A stretch of 63,632 nt of DNA, counting the filler, from Octopus bimaculoides (Eukaryota): assembly GCF_001194135.2 (NCBI RefSeq). It is 4 parts of 4 records of this genome, joined end to end, with 100 filler letters (N's around TTAATTAATTAA, not from the genome) between each part and the next. Parts side by side here need not be neighbours in the genome. Positions count along the whole stretch, not along the records: positions 39,939 to 61,279 come from NC_068997.1; positions 61,380 to 63,632 come from NC_068981.1; 2 more parts are not named here. One strand, given 5' to 3'. The notes beneath the pieces were generated by a model, which was not told the DNA's origin, did no database searches, and saw only the letters and a list, made by a program, of their open reading frames with translations. Made by a program: the position numbers and the translations under genes. Shown piece by piece: positions 50,520 to 63,414 of the stretch. The stretch's first letter is position 1. Each line of letters begins with the position of its first letter.

Positions 50520-51140
50520 ATCTTTCTATTTATATACTAACAGAATTGCTACAATTTGATAGAGTAAAACACTGGCATGTAATAATAATATTTAGTTATA
50601 GTTGCATTAATATAAAACCTGTTATTACTATAACTTTGAAACTAGTCACAACGTTGTTGATAGGGTTGCTTGTCTAATGATCGAAAAAATAAACGATGGA
50701 AACCATTTACTATATATCCATCGCTGGTAATCTAAGGAAATGCATGGACGTCAAAACATAATACTGATCACGACTTTAAAGTATTTTACTATGTAGTTTA
50801 GAAAGAGAAAATGAAAATCAATCTCAAGAAAATAATATTGTAAACATGTTTGAAAATGATGAAGTGCAATTTTTAGTCTCGTATGATAAAATGTAATTCT
50901 CGTGGGAAAAATGGGATAAATGTAATGAAAATTAAGTGAAAAGCTTCTAGGCTAAGAACAGTTTACAACCCCAAAATTCAAGGCAACAAAACATATTAAC
51001 CTCTTTTATAATGCGCCAAATTTGGTTTAGTCGAGGAGAACAAAACTAGTGTTTTGGGTGCATTGAAGTAAACGTGACAGACAGTGTTGAAGACTTTAAA
51101 GCACAGATTTTAGTCTCGCATGACGGAAATGAATTTTTCT
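50520..51140 (-). other. Third copy of the receptor upstream (intronic) region, with no visible CDS
   Basis: Shares blocks with 47820-48140 (atagagtaaaacac, ttagttatag, ggaaa.gcatg.acgtcaaaacataa) and 41660-41960 (tagtctcgtat, caacccc.aaattc, agtctcgcatga). Confidence 0.65.
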
Positions 51141-51369
51141 GACGCTTTTGAAAACCCGGGTAAATGAATGAATGTCACATCGTTTTTTTTTTTCAAATTT
51201 CTTAGCATACAAGAAACTCAAGACGATCTATATACGTGACCGCTCGATCTCTTGCAAATAACGGATAAATTTCCTAGTGCCTTAAAAATGAAGAACGATG
51301 TTTGGTAATGTGGCATTAGATAAAAAAAGAAAAGAGCCGCCAATCGAGTATATGACTTGGTAGAATGTA

Positions 51370-52440
51370 TAGGGTGCCAACGGTATTCAAGGACATAGAT
51401 TTTTTGTCATTATTTTATTTGACTAATTTTTATTGAACTTCTATTTCAGAAAATAATAATGACATGCCCTAGGCTTACTAATGAAATGAAAGGGCATTCT
51501 GTAATTGTGGCTTTGAAGGCTAAGCATGATAATTTTGAAATTTTTCGTTTTCTGAAAGTTGCAAGATCTTTTGTCCACAAGATTCAGTGTAAGTTAGACA
51601 AAGAAGATAGAAGCGTATTACCTGTATCAAAACGTAAAAAAGCATTCCAAATGCTCTGATTCTATCAAGACATCGGAATTTATTCAGGAAGTAAAGCAAA
51701 ACATTGAAGACTACCCAGAAAAGTCAATGAGGTCAATTGCAAAAGAATTTCGTGTCAGAAAACACAATAAAAAATGTTGTGCAGGAAGACATCAGATACA
51801 AATTTTATGTGATGAGAAGTCAATTCATGTGAAAGAAAAAAAAAACAAAACCTTTTACTCAAATCTAAAAGACTTTTGAACAAACTTAAAAGTCCATCAG
51901 AGGATGGTATCATTTAGTTTTTCTCAGACGAGAAAAACTTTGACTAGGACCAGAAAACTAACAGAAGAAATGACAGATGACTATGTGCAGGCCCTTCTGA
52001 GGTTCCAAGAGTAATGCACACAAAATTTCTTGCAAGTGTCATGGTTTTGGGTGTTGTAAGCAATGAAAGACATGTGATGCCTCCTCACTTTTTCCCACAA
52101 GGCCTTAGGGTGAATGCTGCTGCATATATTGAGGTTATAATTAAAGTTGTTAAGCCTTTATCCAACAGTGTATGCAGTGGAAGGCCTTATGTATTTCAAC
52201 AAGATTCTGCTCCTTTACACAAGGCTCAAACGACGCAAGAATGGATGGCCGACCATTTGCATGATCACAACACTCCCAACATTTGGCCTCCTAATTCTCC
52301 AGATCTCAATCCACTGGACTATTATGTATAGGGCATTGTTGAAAAAATATGTCATTGAACGCCCCCAGAGCACCATAGATTTTTGAAAGCTGCCATATTT
52401 CGAGTCATGTCCGATATGAACAAGTATCACTTGCGTGACT
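51370..52440 (+). mobile_element. DD37D (maT/Bmmar1-like) transposase remnant
   Basis: KFLASVMVLGVVS, GLRVNAAAYIEV, FQQDSAPLHKAQTTQEW, WPPNSPDLNPLDYYV; left TIR-like tagggtgccaac; frameshifts. Confidence 0.85.
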
Positions 52441-53172
52441 GAAGAAATCAACTGAGTAACAAACATTTATATCGGCTCTTATTATATACAGATTAAACTT
52501 TAGCAAATTGTAGATGCATCATGTCACCGTATGAGTTTTCTCCCCTGTAATAACAGGGCAGTGGTAGAGGAAATGACTCTAGAGAAGCTGCAATGTGTTA
52601 AAGGTTAATAAGAAGCAGTGTTTTAGCAGAAATAATGGAGTGTGCTCGATTCGATCTCTATTCACTTGTACCGCTAGTAATACCGAGGCAAAAAATTGAA
52701 TAATCACAGCAACAGTCATTTCAACTGACGACAACAGTCTTCTGAATTTGTTGCCTCGAAAAGAGAGAAAATAATTATTCCGTATTTGAATTCTTACTGG
52801 TGGTTACCTCACAGGAATCATTTTAAACATTTGTTAGATGCAAGCCTAATCAATTTCAGTTTTGGGTTGTATATATAATTAGAGAATGAATGTAATAATT
52901 AGCTGAAATAGGGCTGTTTACAAAAGTTAAATATCACATTGTCAAACAAAGGAGAACAATAATTAATTACAGTTAGAAGAAAGGAATCACGGTAAAAAAT
53001 AATGACGGTCAAATTTCTCTGGGTGGATTCAGTTATGACAAAAATCGGCAATTATAAGGCTGGTATACTGGAGCGGGAGGAAACTACATGCATGCATACA
53101 TACATACGTACGTACATACATACATACATACATACATACATACATACATACATAGGTATATACATACATAAA

Positions 53173-54037
53173 CAAGGTGTTAGGGCAAAATTTGACAGTT
53201 TGCACAAAAGGAAAGGAAAACACAATATTTAATCAAAAATCAAAGTATTAAAAAAATCAAAAAACATTTCAATTAAATTATGGCTGAGAAATAACAATCT
53301 ACTCAAAGTGGCAGCCCTCAGCTCCCACCATGGTCTCATAACGGCTCCATAACCTGGCGCATGTGTTCTCTGTATCTCTGGGAAGATCTTTGAACACCGC
53401 CTTGATCTTGGCCACCAGCTCGGCGTTGGTGGTGCAGGTAGAGTATTTAATATCTTTCTCAATCGCAGCCCACACAGTAATCCTAAAAATTACTATCGGG
53501 GAATAAGGGGATCAGAAATCGGGGATTGGTGAAGTAGTACAAATTCTCCGATAATCACTTCTGATTCTTTCCGGAAGCATGTCAAGAAGCCGAATGCAGC
53601 TGTCACACATATGGCCTCCAGCAGCAATCCTCTCCAGCCAGGAATTGACCACAAACACCAGCTACTTTACATAAGCGTATGAACTGAGCCTAAGGCCCTG
53701 TTCAAAGATGTTAAGGTAAACTCCCGCGTGTGGAAGCAGTCAAAACTCATACAGTGCTCCTTCCTGTTGATCACGGCTTCGTAATCTCTATTGCAGCTGT
53801 TCAGATCACACCTTCGCAGTGTTTACCGGCATTTTGATATCCAGTATCAATCATCATGATACAGGTAACTCTTTTCCTCTATTGAGATGACTTCCATTCT
53901 TGCATGTCCGCTAACTTTTTCTCAACTACAACGCTAATCTGTATGCTCTCTAATGCCGTTGACTGCTTCCCAATACATCAAGCTGTTCCTAAAGAGAAGG
54001 AGACATATGAATCGTCAAGTTTAGCCAGAACGTTCTG
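53173..54037 (-). mobile_element. Internally deleted DD37D mariner-like element
   Basis: Minus strand FEQGLRLSSYAYVK...WLERIAAGG and VWAAIEKDIKYSTCTTNAELVAKIKAVF; degenerate TIRs caaggtgttagggcaaaatttgac / cagaacgttctggctaaacttgac. Confidence 0.7.
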
Positions 54038-54059
54038 TATGTACATATATATGTATATA

Positions 54060-54942
54060 CGCGGTTTGATCAATAAGTATCCGGACTGTTGCCATAGTAA
54101 CGAAGCTAAAGCACGCAGAGTAGAGCCGCCTGGCACAGATTGATCCTGGACTCTGCTGTGCATGCGCACTAAGTTTTAATGTTGTAACTCACTACCGTTG
54201 TTTACATCAGTGCTTAGAAGGAAGGTTTGTAGCGTGTGATTGTTGCATTGACCATGAATCTGCATCAAATTTTGTCAAAAGCTTGGCGATATCTGTTCAG
54301 AAGCCTACGCAAGGTTGCAGCAAGTGTATGGAGAGGAGTGTATGAACCGAAAAAATATCGATAGTGACGAACGTTCAGAGAGACCCGCAACCAACGGAAC
54401 GGAGAAAAGCGTCGCAGATATGCGTGCAGCTGTGAGGGGAAATTATCGAGTCACCAACTGCGAGTTATCAGAGGATGTGCAGATTAGTTACGGTTTGGTT
54501 CAGTCCATTATCACTGAAGATTTGAGTATCAAACGCGTGTCTGCCTAGTTTGTGCTAAAACTGCTTTCAGCTTGCAACGCACCTGCCCATTCACCGCAGT
54601 TTATGCAGCAGTTTTTGGCTAGGCACAGCATTCCCCAGGTCCGACAACCACAATATCCCCCAGATCTTGTCTCTTGCGACTTTTACGTCTTTCCAAAAAT
54701 CAAATCCTGCTTGAAAGGAAGAAGATTTCAGGACGTTGAGGAAACCAAAGGAAATGCGACGATGCAGTTGCTGATTAACCCAGAAAACGAGTTCCAGGAA
54801 GGCTTCCATCAAAGGAAACAGCGCTGGTTTACGTGTGTGGTTTCTGAAGGGGACTACTTTCAAGAAGATTAAATGCCAAATTGGTGCGTGTTGTAATTTT
54901 GTTTTTATAGCACCAATCTGGATACTTAGTGATCAAACGTCC
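54060..54942 (+). mobile_element. Internally deleted DD34D mariner
   Basis: TIRs cgcggtttgatcaataagtatccgga / ggacgtttgatcactaagtatccaga with TA flanks; QQVYGEECM, QPQYPPDLVSCDFYVFPKIKSCLKGRRF (YSPDLAPxD-like). Confidence 0.88.
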
Positions 54943-57109
54943 TATATTTGTATATATTTACATACATATATGTACATATATGCACTGATTGATATTATTT
55001 GGAATGTGAAGTTGTATTAAAATGGAGGAACACTCAGTACTGTTTAGTAAAGTACATATTTATTAGAAATGCTATATTATTAGCATTATCCTGCGTTTGA
55101 GAATTTTAAAAAAATCACTTCTTTATCTTTCTAAGACATCTCAACGCTTCTAAAGCAAACTTCGTTTGTTTGTTTACCTTCATCGTAATTTGAATTTAAC
55201 ATATTTATTAATTTTTACATGGAAAAGGTTGAGAGTCACTTCGAAATTTTGGCTTACCAAACGGCACCACTGTTTTTTCTGGCTTTTATATAGTTTTTGA
55301 CTAACCACCCTTTAAATTAACGTATGAGTATCTGTTTTATTTTTATTATCGACGCGACGTTCCCTGAGTGGCCTGACATTAACTAAGCAACAGAGAACTC
55401 TGTTGATAGACAATTATATGAAAATGCATCCCAGCATATAAATGTATATAATGTATAAATATATTATTTGAAGTGTAGCATTCCCGTTATTTGTTTATAG
55501 AAACACGGTTGAAGAGGAATGGTATGGCAGTGACTGAGTGGCATTTGCATGAGCCAAGCCAGTTCCAAGAAGCAAAGACTATTATAACATTTCATATATC
55601 TTTCTATTCTTCGTATAATGTATAGACTTTACTACTGTTGATCAGGGTTTATCCTGTTTCTAGTCGCTGCTACTTACACTTCGGTGCTATACCCTACATT
55701 TTACTTCTAATATTTAATATTTCTTTCTGTCATGTCTTACTACATGTTGGTCGAAATGGCGTGCATTCATTTCTCAATGATATTAACAGAGTTATCAATA
55801 TCATTTCAACTTATTTTGGTTATTGTCTTGCTATGAACACCTAGTTCTTTGTCAGCAAATATCTTTCTGCTGCTATAAAGTGTATTAAAAAAAGATATAT
55901 ACATACAACGTATAAGAGCTTTAGAAAGAAAAAAAAAACTGTACCAAATTTCTATCGATATACACCGTTGTTTTTTCAAAACATTTTGTAAATAATGAAA
56001 AATTTAGTTACATAATTTTGCCTTAATTTAGTTGGTATTTGGACCTAAATAAACATGAAATTTTGATGAAAGGTTTTATGTTAGTCAGCATTAATCATTT
56101 AGAAACACGAAAACATTTAATCTTTCTAAAATGTTTAGTTTTGCAAAACGGTTTACCTACGCATCCCCCCACTAGAATTCACTTCGAGTTTTATAGCAAA
56201 TACATGATTTGTTCCACTAAAAATATAAATGAAAAGAGTTACATAATTTATATATATANNNNNNNNNNNNNNNNNNNNNNNNNNNNNNNNNNNNNNNNNN
56301 NNNNNNNATATATATACATATATACCCTAGCGGTTTTTGCAAATTCACTGGAAGGTAAAACTTCCCCCTCTATCCTCACTTTCCTCTCCAAGTGGACACC
56401 TTCCTCATTCTATTTAAACCCATCCACCACACATCTTTCACCATAGCCACTAGACAAAAAGACACTGCCTGCTCTGTCTCGTTGTCTTATAGTTGAGTGG
56501 TGGTGTGATCCTCACAATAGGTTCAGCTGATAGTCGGATTCATCCTACACGTGATAGCAGCTGTTCACCATGACTGCACAAGGGAGAAATGCTAGAATAT
56601 TGCATGAGTGCGTGTAGTATGGTTTCGTTGCACTGCGCGCATTTCGGACAGTCTCACCCGGTGCTGCTTCCATACCTGTAGGGTTTATCTCGAATCGACA
56701 GTGATTCTCGGTAGCACTGATAGGTCAGTGATTTCTAGAAGTTATCCATGGTAGTTCCGAACACGAAAGTCTTCCGAAACAGACCAGCAAGTGCATCCTC
56801 CTCGAAACCCAGGGTTTTCCCGAGAACCTCATCGTACTTACCAACCACTAGACTTCAATATATTGCTAATATAGATGTACAATGGGTGCATTGATCGACC
56901 GGTAGACGGCGGTTTAGCGCCTGACGGTATTCCAGTCACCAGGCGTCCAATCTTGATTATTTCGTGACTCAGGATTGCATGTCCGTCAACGAGATGAACT
57001 GCGGAAAGGTGTACCTTACGAATGAACCATACTGGCTCACCGTCCAGGAAAATCTGTCAGTTGTGTAGCTACAGTGCATGTCTGCGCATCAGCAGCGATG
57101 ACAACAACA

Positions 57110-57560
57110 AAATGGCAGCGTGACACTGAAGTTATTAGAACGCCCGATAAAAATGTTTTGCAGTATTCGTATTACGAAGATCAGCAGGGAGCGTTCTTTG
57201 ACTTGATGACTTTAGGAAGGTATTTTCGAAGGCGTATGCCCTACTTAACTGCAATGTGGTGGAGCTCCCTGGCTTTTCGACGATCTTAATATTGAGTTTG
57301 GTCTCCTTCAGAGCTTTCCTAAATCTACAGGCTAGTTCTCCATGGGATGTGGCCTCTACAAACATCATCTCTTGATATTTGTCAGTCCTGTGCTATGTGT
57401 TTATGTTGTTTGTTTTGCCATAAACTCTCTGTATATTATTCTAGCCTTCACCTCTGTATCGAGGGCGGGTACCACCGGCTTCATATCGTATAATGCTATT
57501 TAACTTCTTTCAAGCTCCCCTGTATATATGAATCCTATCTTTCTGGTTATATTCAGAGAA
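57110..57560 (-). mobile_element. Penelope-like element remnant (RT / GIY-YIG linker)
   Basis: MFVEATSHGELACRFRKALKETKLNIKIVEKPG resembles the PLE linker LFV..TP..EL...L...I.VVEK.G.SL. Confidence 0.55.
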
Positions 57561-58259
57561 TTGCATGACATGTTTCCCCAGTATTTATACACCGGTCTCT
57601 GGAATAGTTGCTAATTCATCCTTACAACTGGAAAGGTTACAGAACGAAACCATTTGAACTTAATTGCATCAATTATGATATTCAGAACAGATTGAATGTC
57701 ACAACATCGCATTCGGCCATGTCCACAGATTTTTAAATGTGCTGTCTCGTGTTTAAGTGATAAATTATTATTCCTTCTTTGAGTTCTCAACGACCATTAT
57801 TTCTCTGAAAAAAAAGTTTATATTAATGTGTTATTTCTTTACTACCCACAAGGGGCTACACACAGAGGCTACACACAGAGGGTAGACAAACGGATTAAGT
57901 CGATTATATTAATGTGTGTTATACGAGAGTTTAATTATTTCCAGTTCTGGGTTATGTATAATTAGAGAATAAACAAGAACATTTACTAAAGCAAAGGTCT
58001 CTACGCATGATCAATAATATATTTGACATTTGCATAATACAGTATTTTACATGTAAGCAAGATCAGTATAAAATAATTATACTTGGGCTGTTCGGGCTTA
58101 GCCCGAGAATAAATTTAGTAAAGCGAACGTGTAACTGCAAGCTGATTTAATTTCTGACAACACTGATTTCATGTAGTTGCAGCCCATAACTCCGGCTCCT
58201 TTTATTAAACCTGGGTGCAGTTCATTTATTTTCGTTCAGTACTTGATGTACAAAAGGGA

Positions 58260-58865
58260 TAGAGATGCAGGAAAAGCCGTAAAATGTGACAACCGATGCA
58301 GACTTTCTGGAGTTCACACTGAAGATATCACCCACATCATAAGCAGTTGTTTGAAAATGTCATCACGGTATTATCTACTGATGAGACATGACGTTGTAGC
58401 GAGGGCACTCGATAAGGAAATCTTTCGGAAGGATAATCCCCAGGACAAAGAAATAAAACCCCCACAATATGGTAGAAGCCATAGCCACTCATAATGAAAA
58501 GGAATACTGGCGGAATGTACCGGTGAAGACCTTAATAAAATGTAAGCACAACAGACCTGATATAATGATTTTGGATAGAGAAGAGAAACTGTGAACAGTT
58601 GTGAAAATTAGCTACTTAGCAGATGTTAACATAAAGAGAACACCTATGCTGAACTATTGAGAAATCTACAGTTACTCTACCCAGATTACGAGTTCAAGTT
58701 TATACCTGTAATTATTGGAGCGCTGGGATATGTAACACACTGCATAAATACCAATCTTGAGAAATTAGGCTTCTCAAAAGCAGAAAGTAGAAAGCTAATT
58801 CGAAAACTACAGATCTAATCCATCACTGGAACTGTAAAAATCTGTAAAACTTTCCAGAATTTTAT
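58260..58865 (+). mobile_element. REL non-LTR retrotransposon 3' remnant, related to 5515-6260
   Basis: CRLSGVHTEDITHIISSCLKMSSRYYLLMRHDVVA, CKHNRPDIMILD, ELLRNLQLLYPDYEFKFIPVIIGALG; ends in (TA)n. Confidence 0.85.
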
Positions 58866-60304
58866 AATTTATATATATATGAGCATGTCTATATATGTAA
58901 CTCTATGTATGAGAATACATACATAAAACATACGAATCTGCACATACATACATACATACATACATACATACATACATACATACATACATACATACATACA
59001 TACTGCATATGTGTGGATATATGCATGTGTCTCTCTGTGTATATATATACACACATATATATATATATATGAATGTACGGATAGATATATTTATGTGTGT
59101 ATATGCATGTATATGCGTACTTGCATATATACAAACTTTCATACTTCCATACTTTATAAACGAATATTCCATTCTTTTATTAACTATAAACTTCCCTTAT
59201 TTATATTTAAATTTCCTCTATCACCACTATTTAATCTATTCTTTTATTGTTCTAATTCTATTTACCTACTCTATCTTAACCCCAGTGAACCTATAACCCC
59301 ATCGCCCGAATATGTAATGATATAAATCATAAACCATGACATTCATTCTGCTATAATGAATCCATAAATACATATAAAACATCCAAGAGCATAGTTTTTT
59401 TCCTCTGAAGATATTATGCTTAGTTCATATAATTATAAATTTAATATGTACTTAATATCTAGTGAGCATTAATTGAAACAGCTGTAAGTGAAGATGATGA
59501 ATTTGTTGTTAATAATGAACAATTATTAGCTTCCCAATCTCAATTTTCTTCTTCTTCTTCTACATATATATANNNNNNNNNNNNNNNNNNNNNNNNNNNN
59601 NNNNNNNNNNNNNNNNNNNNNNNNNNNNNNNNNNNNNNNNNNNNNNNNNNNNNNNNNNNNNNNNNNNNNNNNNNNNNNNNNNNNNNNNNNNNNNNNNNNN
59701 NNNNNNNNNNNNNNNNNNNNNNNNNNNNNNNNNNNNNNNNNNNNNNNNNNNNNNNNNNNNNNNNNNNNNNNNNNNNNNNNNNNNNNNNNNNNNNNNNNNN
59801 NNNNNNNNNNNNNNNNNNNNNNNNNNNNNNNNNNNNNNNNNNNNNNNNNNNNNNNNNNNNNNNNNNNNNNNNNNNNNNNNNNNNNNNNNNNNNNNNNNNN
59901 NNNNNNNNNNNNNNNNNNNNNNNNNNNNNNNNNNNNNNNNNNNNNNNNNNNNNNNNNNNNNNNNNNNNNNNNNNNNNNNNNNNNNNNNNNNNNNNNNNNN
60001 NNNNNNNNNNNNNNNNNNNNNNNNNNNNNNNNNNNNNNNNNNNNNNNNNNNNNNNNNNNNNNNNNNNNNNNNNNNNNNNNNNNNNNNNNNNNNNNNNNNN
60101 NNNNNNNNNNNNNNNNNNNNNNNNNNNNNNNNNNNNNNNNNNNNNNNNNNNNNNNNNNNNNNNNNNNNNNNNNNNNNNNNNNNNNNNNNNNNNNNNNNNN
60201 NNNNNNNNNNNNNNNNNNNNNNNNNNNNNNNNNNNNNNNNNNNNNNNNNNNNNNNNNNNNNNNNNNNNNNNNNNNNNNNNNNNNNNNNNNNTATATATAG
60301 GGAG

Positions 60305-60490
60305 AATTCATAAAAAAAAACAACAGACGAAGACAGGTGGTGTTGAAAACAAATAGATGTATTAGTATAACGCTCGGGAATTGAGAAAGTCTTTAACGTT
60401 TCGAGCCTACGCTCTTCTACAGAAAGGAACACGGAAAGAAACAAGGAGAGAAAAAAATGTGCGTAGTGGTCAGCGATCGATCATGGCGAA
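60305..60490 (-). repeat. Second hammerhead-like repeat family, copy 1 (motif 60391-60426)
   Basis: Minus strand CUUU-CUGUAGA-A-GAGC guag GCUC-GAAA-CG-UU-AAAG; flanks are homologous to 61920-62110. Confidence 0.55.
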
Positions 60491-60508
60491 TGCGAAATTA
60501 CGCGAAAC

Positions 60509-60539
<31 letters not shown>

Positions 60540-60574
60540 ATTATTATTATTATTATTATTATAGATGTCGAACA

Positions 60575-61182
60575 GTATACAATATCGTGAGATTGTTGAT
60601 TGAAGATATTGTGTCTACTGGGGGATGTCAAGTCACAAGGAGCTCAGACAAACAGTACTTTACGCAGTATGCGTACAGTTCCAAGTAATGTCGACTTTTG
60701 CAATCCATCTAGATTGCAGAGTATTTCTAAGGCTCCAAGAAATTTTTTTCAGATTGAGTGGTATTGAATCCAATTCTCCGATGACAGTAGGGATAACCTT
60801 TATGTTTGACTCTCGTAGCTGCCACATCTTAGCGATCTCAATTCTCAGGTCTTTATATTTATCGACTTGTTCTCTTTCTTTCATGATGATATGTTGATCT
60901 TTTGGCACTGCCACATCCATTATTAGGCACTCTTGTTTGTCCCTCCTAAAGGTTACTATATCCGGCCTTCGGTGCTCTAACACCTTGTCTGTCAAGAAGT
61001 CAGAGTCCCAGAGGATTTTTGCCTTCCTCTTTTTGTCCATTACCTTTTCCAGTGTATGTTGGTATCAAGCACTCCTAAACTCGTATCCATAGTTACGGCA
61101 CAGTAGCCAGTGGAGGTTTTGGGCTACCTTGTGTCTACGCTTGTACTCTTTCTGCGCAAGACTTTCACAAGCACTAACAAAT
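60575..61182 (-). mobile_element. R4/Dong-type LINE 3' remnant between (TAA)n tracts
   Basis: VSACESLAQKEYKRRH, KILWDSDFLTDKVLEHRRPDIV, LIMDVAVPKDQ, DKYKDLRIEIAKMW, IPTVIG; (TTA)n at 60508-60562 and 61183-61205. Confidence 0.88.
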
Positions 61183-61379
61183 ATTATTATTATTATTATT
61201 ATTGTTATGTATATATGAATGAAATTTATTGGAAGCTTTATATAATTTTAGTTATATATATATATATATATATATATATNNNNNNNNNNNNNNNNNNNNN
61301 NNNNNNNNNNNNNNNNNNNNNNNTTAATTAATTAANNNNNNNNNNNNNNNNNNNNNNNNNNNNNNNNNNNNNNNNNNNN

Positions 61380-61421
<42 letters not shown>

Positions 61422-61431
61422 CACACACACA

Positions 61432-61669
61432 GAGTAATCCCTCACCATATTGCGGTTCACTTATCGTGGTTCACCTATCACGGTTTATCATTTAAGCTTA
61501 CGTCAATTCCTCCGTGGTGTTGTTTTGCATTTATAATAAAATAAATATATACAAACTATAAAAATAATTTTTAAAATATACAGTACAGAACTGTTTCTAT
61601 TTCATGGATTTTCACCTATCATGGCGGTGGGCGTAGAACATAACACCCACAATAGTAGGGGGATTATTG
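61432..61669. mobile_element. pogo/Tigger-like MITE
   Basis: Ends gagtaatccctcaccatattgcgg / cccacaatagtagggggattattg-TA. Confidence 0.65.
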
Positions 61670-61689
61670 TATATGTGTGTGTGTGTGTG

Positions 61690-61855
61690 TAATAGGCTTC
61701 TTTCATTTTCCGTCAACCAAATCCACTCAGAAAGCTTTGCTAGGCCCAAGGCTATAGTAGAAGACAGTTGCCCAAGGTGCCACACCACGGAACTGAACCT
61801 AGAGCCATGTGCCATGTGGTTGGAAGCAAATTTCTTATCACACAGCTACACCTGC
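61690..61855 (-). mobile_element. CORE-like SINE head
   Basis: ccaaatccactcagaaagctttgctaggcccaaggctatagtagaagacagttgcccaaggtgccac. Confidence 0.75.
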
Positions 61856-61870
61856 ACATACAAACACACA

Positions 61871-61908
<38 letters not shown>

Positions 61909-61919
61909 AGGTTCAAATT

Positions 61920-62110
61920 TACAGAAAACAAAGATGAAAACAGGCATAGGAACAGCAAGCAGGTGTATTAGCTTGACGCTTGGGAAGAATGGAAAAGTCT
62001 TTTATGTTTCAAACCTTTGCTCTTCAACAGAAAGGATTAAGAGGAAGTAAAATGGAGAGAGAATGAAAAAAATTGAGAGAGAAAAAATGTGCAGAGTTCA
62101 ATGGTCCAAC
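61920..62110 (-). repeat. Second hammerhead-like repeat family, copy 2 (motif 61999-62034, decayed)
   Basis: Minus strand CUUU-CUGUUGA-A-GAGC aaag GUUU-GAAA-CA-UA-AAAG. Confidence 0.5.
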
Positions 62111-62153
62111 ATGGCGAGATGACTGGAAAAAAAGAGGCTGAATGAAAGGGAGA

Positions 62154-62203
<50 letters not shown>

Positions 62204-63376
62204 TAATAATAACAATAACAATAACAACAACAACAACAACAACAACAGTAATGGTAATCTCAATGAACTAAGGTGTGCAAGCATGTATGTGTATGTGACA
62301 GTGGTGTGTGTGAGAGTGTATGTGTGAATGAGGGCGAGTGAGTACATATTTGCAGGAGAGTGTGTGTGTGTGCATATGGACTGTGTATATGTGTGAATAT
62401 GCATATGGACACATGTGTATGTTTGTGGGACTAACATGTGTGTGTGTGTGTGTGTATGTGTTGTGTGTGGCAGTTGATGTGTGCTTGTTCAGGTGGTGTG
62501 TGCACATGTGTATGTGTGGGTGTGTGTCTGTGACGAAACAGTGTGCATGTGTATAGTCTATGTTTGTGGACAAAAGTTTCATTTGTTTGTTTTTGTTGTA
62601 TGTGTGTGTGCGTATATTGTCTGTGTTCAGGTATTGTGTGCTTGTGTTGGTGTGGGAGTGTGCATGACAGTGTGTGGTGTGTGTACTGAGGTAAACTGTG
62701 TGTGTGGCTGTTTATATAGTGGTATGTGTGGTGACATTATTGAAGATTGTGTGTGGGTGTGTGGCTAATGGTGTTTGGTGTGGGTACTGAGAAGTGTTCA
62801 GAGTTAGTGTGTGTGGAGTAGGAAGGTATTTGTGGGTGTGTGAATTGTGTAATGAGTTAAACAGTGTGCCAAGGTGTTTGTATAATGGTGTGCGTGTGGT
62901 GAGGGTACTGAGATAGGTGGTATGCAGGTGTGTAGGTTGAAGGGGGGACTGTTGAATGTGGGACGTCTGAGGGAATCCATGTGGGCTTTCTGTCAGATGA
63001 AAAGAGGTTGTGTGTTGAGCCCATACGGCACAAAGGAATGAAGGGAGAAGATTCATTCCTGTTCACAGTGAAGGCAGAGTCCGGTGGGCGGGGCTGATAT
63101 ATGTTTATGAATTTGTGGTGCAAAATTCCTGATGTGAAACCTTGTCTTAAAACAGATATTGTTACCTTTCAGGAAGGATATTTTGTTTGCCAAATAAACA
63201 CATGCACTATATATTTGTAAATTGTCACTGAAGAGGTCACAGATGTGTGATGAAAGATTTCCGGGCAATAGACATGAGTTAAAATAAGAACAGTAATAAA
63301 TGAGTGAAAAATGAATATATAGTGTGTATGTTTATTTGGCAAAAAAAAAAAGACTTTCCCGAAACATAACAATATA

Positions 63377-63413
<37 letters not shown>

Positions 63414-63414
<1 letters not shown>

